Origin: an uncultured Methanolobus sp.
GTDB lineage: Archaea; Halobacteriota; Methanosarcinia; Methanosarcinales; Methanosarcinaceae
Direction: 5' to 3'
Length of the DNA: 64,000 nucleotides
NCBI GenBank assembly: GCA_963675495.1
Contig: OY776215.1
Span: 2,592,001 to 2,656,000 of the forward strand
Both the position numbers and the translations under genes were made by a program. Shown in pieces: positions 61,055 to 64,000 of the stretch. Every line of letters begins with the position of its first letter. Position 1 is the stretch's first letter. The notes below the pieces were generated by a model. That model was not told the origin of the DNA and did not search any database. It was given only the letters and a program-made list of their open reading frames with translations.

Positions 61055-62251
61055 CTATATTTTATTGTTTCTGATCATAGTTGAAGAAGTGCCATCATCA
61101 TTATACCAATTGGTTGGTACTATATCACAGATATTCGGAATTTCCATATCATGATCAATATCTGCATTTTTTCTATTGAATATCATAAATCTAACATTGT
61201 ATTTTTGAAAATGTTCTAGCAGACTCTGTTTATTTTCTCCATTTCTGTAATATTTCTCATTGAAAAGCCTGTTGAGGGTATCTGTGCCTATTAGGAACAC
61301 AGAATTTGGGAAAAGTACTGCCTTGTCTGCGAATAAGGGCGAGTTTGTGAGATAAATATTCCCAATATAGTTTTCTTCCTGGTATCTGAGAAGTGAGTCA
61401 ATTCTGTTTTTAAGCGAAATAAAATCAATTGGTGGTTTATCCACATTGGCCAGTGAAATTTCGAAATCAACAGGTTCCTTATATATATGGGCAGCAATTT
61501 TTGCCATTTCAATATGATTTTTATGGCATGGGTTAAAGGAACCTGAAAAAATGATCTTAGGTTTGTTATCATTTATTCCCAGATCGACCTTCAAAGGTTC
61601 ACTACAATTTTCAGAATTAATGTTCTCCAGAGTTTTTAATAACAATTCTGCCACTGGTAAATCTGCTTCATTTTCATTGTTGACAATTTCTTTCACAATT
61701 GTATTTTTAAAGCTATTACCTTCTAATTTTTTATCTGGATTGCAGACAGCTGCCATATTTTCAATAATGAAGTCGGATGCGATCTTTTCCTGTTCTTCTC
61801 TGCTGGTATTCTCTTTTAAGAACAGACTTGATGTAATTGTTTTTAGGTATGACTGAGAAGCAAAGTGAACCTCATGTTGCCTGCCTTCGCGTTCATTTGT
61901 ATTTTTTCTCAGTTTGCAGGTAACTCCAATACCTATCAAAGTTTCATAGTATTTTTTATCCGGTTTTGGGTTCAGGTATAATGCACGTCTGAAAGCTGAC
62001 ATTGCCATATCTTTTGCAGTATCCGTAGAAGCATATTCCGATGGTTCTTTTCCGATGTATTTTTTCAGAGACTCTTTGCTATAAGGGACAATTGCTTCAA
62101 TGATCGTATCTGATCCTTTTCCGTAGCGTAACAATTCTCCTATAGATTCTGTTCCCCCGCCGGTTATTGCCAATACGATCATAAGTGGCGAGTCGTGTAT
62201 CATCCTGATTACTCCGGGAATAGTTGTTTCGTCCTTATTTTTGTGCATCAA
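61055..62251 (-). CDS. CinA/PncC-like domain fused to a cytidylyltransferase-like (NadD-type) domain
   Basis: LAITGGG...SDTIIEAIVPYS N-terminal domain; FSGSFNPCHKNH, NVDKPP, IGTDT, SSTMIR. Confidence 0.72.
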   Translation of the reverse strand: MMHKNKDETTIPGVIRMIHDSPLMIVLAITGGGTESIGELLRYGKGSDTIIEAIVPYSKESLKKYIGKEPSEYASTDTAKDMAMSAFRRALYLNPKPDKKYYETLIGIGVTCKLRKNTNEREGRQHEVHFASQSYLKTITSSLFLKENTSREEQEKIASDFIIENMAAVCNPDKKLEGNSFKNTIVKEIVNNENEADLPVAELLLKTLENINSENCSEPLKVDLGINDNKPKIIFSGSFNPCHKNHIEMAKIAAHIYKEPVDFEISLANVDKPPIDFISLKNRIDSLLRYQEENYIGNIYLTNSPLFADKAVLFPNSVFLIGTDTLNRLFNEKYYRNGENKQSLLEHFQKYNVRFMIFNRKNADIDHDMEIPNICDIVPTNWYNDDGTSSTMIRNNKI

Positions 62252-62549
62252 GTTCCATCCCTTTGTGTAAAGTGTTTCTTATTACAAGGTATGCCTTTCA
62301 GACGTTTAATCTTTATATCTGTTTATCTACTTTTCTTGATTAATATCCAAAACATTATATATTTACATGGACAGTGCTGGCATATATGCGATACACTTTT
62401 ATAGATTAAATAATAATTAAAATATTATTGTCCATTTATTATATTATCATCATGTTTAGTAACTTGGAAACAAGTAGTTTTCTTCTTCGGAATGGCTACA
62501 TGTTGCATGTTATGATGGAAAGCAGAATTCAAATAACTTGAGGGAAAAA

Positions 62550-62921
62550 ATGTCTCATATACTTGTAATTGAAGATAATCCTGTAAATATGGAACTTACT
62601 GTAGACCTTCTTGAGTCATATGAATATCAGGTTACTCCTGCAGAGGATGGATTCATCGCTCTGGAAAAAGTAAAGGAAAATTATTTCGATCTAATTCTTC
62701 TGGATATACAATTGCCTAAAATGGATGGATTGGAGGTACTTTCCCGTTTAAAGGATGATGAGGGTACTAAGGATATTCCTGTGATAGCTTTAACAGCTCA
62801 TTCTATGCGTGGTGATGACGAAAGGTTCATTGCAGCAGGTTGTATTGACTACATATCTAAACCAATTGATATTCACGCTTTCAAAGAAAAAATAAAATAT
62901 CATCTAGAAGCTTCGAACTGA
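62550..62921 (+). CDS. Single-domain response regulator (CheY/DivK-like)
   Basis: ILVIEDN, LLDIQLPKMDG, IALTA, YISKP. Confidence 0.95.
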   Translation: MSHILVIEDNPVNMELTVDLLESYEYQVTPAEDGFIALEKVKENYFDLILLDIQLPKMDGLEVLSRLKDDEGTKDIPVIALTAHSMRGDDERFIAAGCIDYISKPIDIHAFKEKIKYHLEASN

Positions 62922-63211
62922 TAAATTAGGCGTATAAATAAAGGATTTTGGCGTAGCTCATGAAACTATGCCCAAATGTTTTTCTTTTTTAGTTTCATTT
63001 CCTATATTCTGTTACTTTTTTTAGACTTGATCGTGGGTCCTATTATTTTACAAATTAGAAGGGCTATTAAGCACAATAGTATCACTGAAAACCTGGGCCA
63101 AGAATCTGATTACTTTGATATTTAGCAGTTTTTTAAATGTACTGCCAATAAACTTTAAAATAATCAGTATCAGAAAAATGAAACTAAATAAGAATCAGGA
63201 GTTAAAAATTA

Positions 63212-63691
63212 TCATTCGGAAATGATATTGTCGATCTGCAATTCAAATTCGTTCCTGACTCCGTTCACATCGACGATGTAAGTTCCCTTTTCAAGACCAT
63301 ATACATCCAGTACAATTGTCTCTTCGTAAGGCACAATTGCTTCTGTGCACATTGTATCTGCTGGTCTTAGTGTTGTCATGTCTACGGCGAATATCTTTTC
63401 TTCCTTGTCAAATAGGACACTTTTCTCATGTATCTGGGTACATCCGTCTGGAAGATATCCTGTTGCTAGCACATGGACCTGAATCGGAAAAGATTCCAAG
63501 ATCAATATCTCTGTATCTTCAACAACCGCATCATTGTACACATATTCATCATTGGTTTGGTCACCGGTGTCTGTTTTGTTATCAGGAACTGCCGGAGGTT
63601 CAGCGCAGCCAAGGGAAAATGTTGCAATTGTTACAATGATTATTGTGAGTAATACAAAGATACCTACCAAAGTATTATTATTGGTTTTCAT
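63212..63691 (-). CDS. Putative lipoprotein
   Basis: Hydrophobic signal ending SLGC; ILESFPIQV...GYLPDGC...MCTEA...GTYIVDVNG. Confidence 0.75.
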   Translation of the reverse strand: MKTNNNTLVGIFVLLTIIIVTIATFSLGCAEPPAVPDNKTDTGDQTNDEYVYNDAVVEDTEILILESFPIQVHVLATGYLPDGCTQIHEKSVLFDKEEKIFAVDMTTLRPADTMCTEAIVPYEETIVLDVYGLEKGTYIVDVNGVRNEFELQIDNIISE

Positions 63692-63826
63692 AAACTTCCT
63701 CTTAAGCCCCCATTATCAAAATGTCACTCCCTGCATAAATGTGTTGCTTAAACTGCGAATTCGTTCGAAGTTAAGGTGCCTGATCAATAGCACTACAACA
63801 TTTTTTTTGGATTAAAGGCCTCAGGT

Positions 63827-64000
63827 TTATGAGTCCGTGAAAAGCATTTTTAGTTTTCCTAGATACAGTTTCAATTCTTCATCTACTCTTTCTGCAGTCA
63901 TTTTTCCTGCTCCGAATATTATGTGCGAATCAATTACTTCCATTCCTACATACTCGAATGTGCAATGGGTGATGTATCTTAATAATTCCTGGATATCTCC
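63827..64000 (-). CDS. C-terminus of probable flavodoxin-fold NAD(P)H oxidoreductase (runs off window)
   Basis: Hand translation GDIQELLRYITHCTFEYVGMEVIDSHIIFGAGKMTAERVDEELKLYLGKLKMLFTDS*. Confidence 0.55.
   Translation of the reverse strand, partial: GDIQELLRYITHCTFEYVGMEVIDSHIIFGAGKMTAERVDEELKLYLGKLKMLFTDS

Overview
Archaeal chromosomal window from a methanogen of the family Methanosarcinaceae (Methanolobus/Methanococcoides-like; inferred from mtxX, a methylotrophic corrinoid protein, His-type Thi4, TopoVI, AMA ATPase and gene order). Most of it is core genome: the hemK-rsmA-DUF655-rpoF-rpl21e-pus10-trmY cluster, thiDN, Lsm-rpl37e-purF, thi4, rnz, rps8e, hmgA, leuC-like, ilvD, rfcL, top6BA and three tRNAs (His, Ile, Ala). 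Non-routine elements: (i) an AT-rich two-gene cassette encoding a DUF6884/YaaA-like protein plus a GIY-YIG-like nuclease (18.7-19.8 kb), a candidate defence or DNA-damage module, next to a structured ~190-nt candidate ncRNA; (ii) a probable decayed casposon end at 55.0-56.9 kb (PolB C-terminal relic, IS5 relic, secreted cargo gene, TIR-like end); (iii) a structured tRNA-Ile-derived repeat ending in ACCA; (iv) two further promoter/terminator-bounded sRNA candidates; (v) a frameshifted tspO, an unannotated 4xCxxC microprotein and an RHH-repeat-wHTH protein. No CRISPR array or rRNA was seen. All family assignments come from motif recognition by eye; no searches were run.
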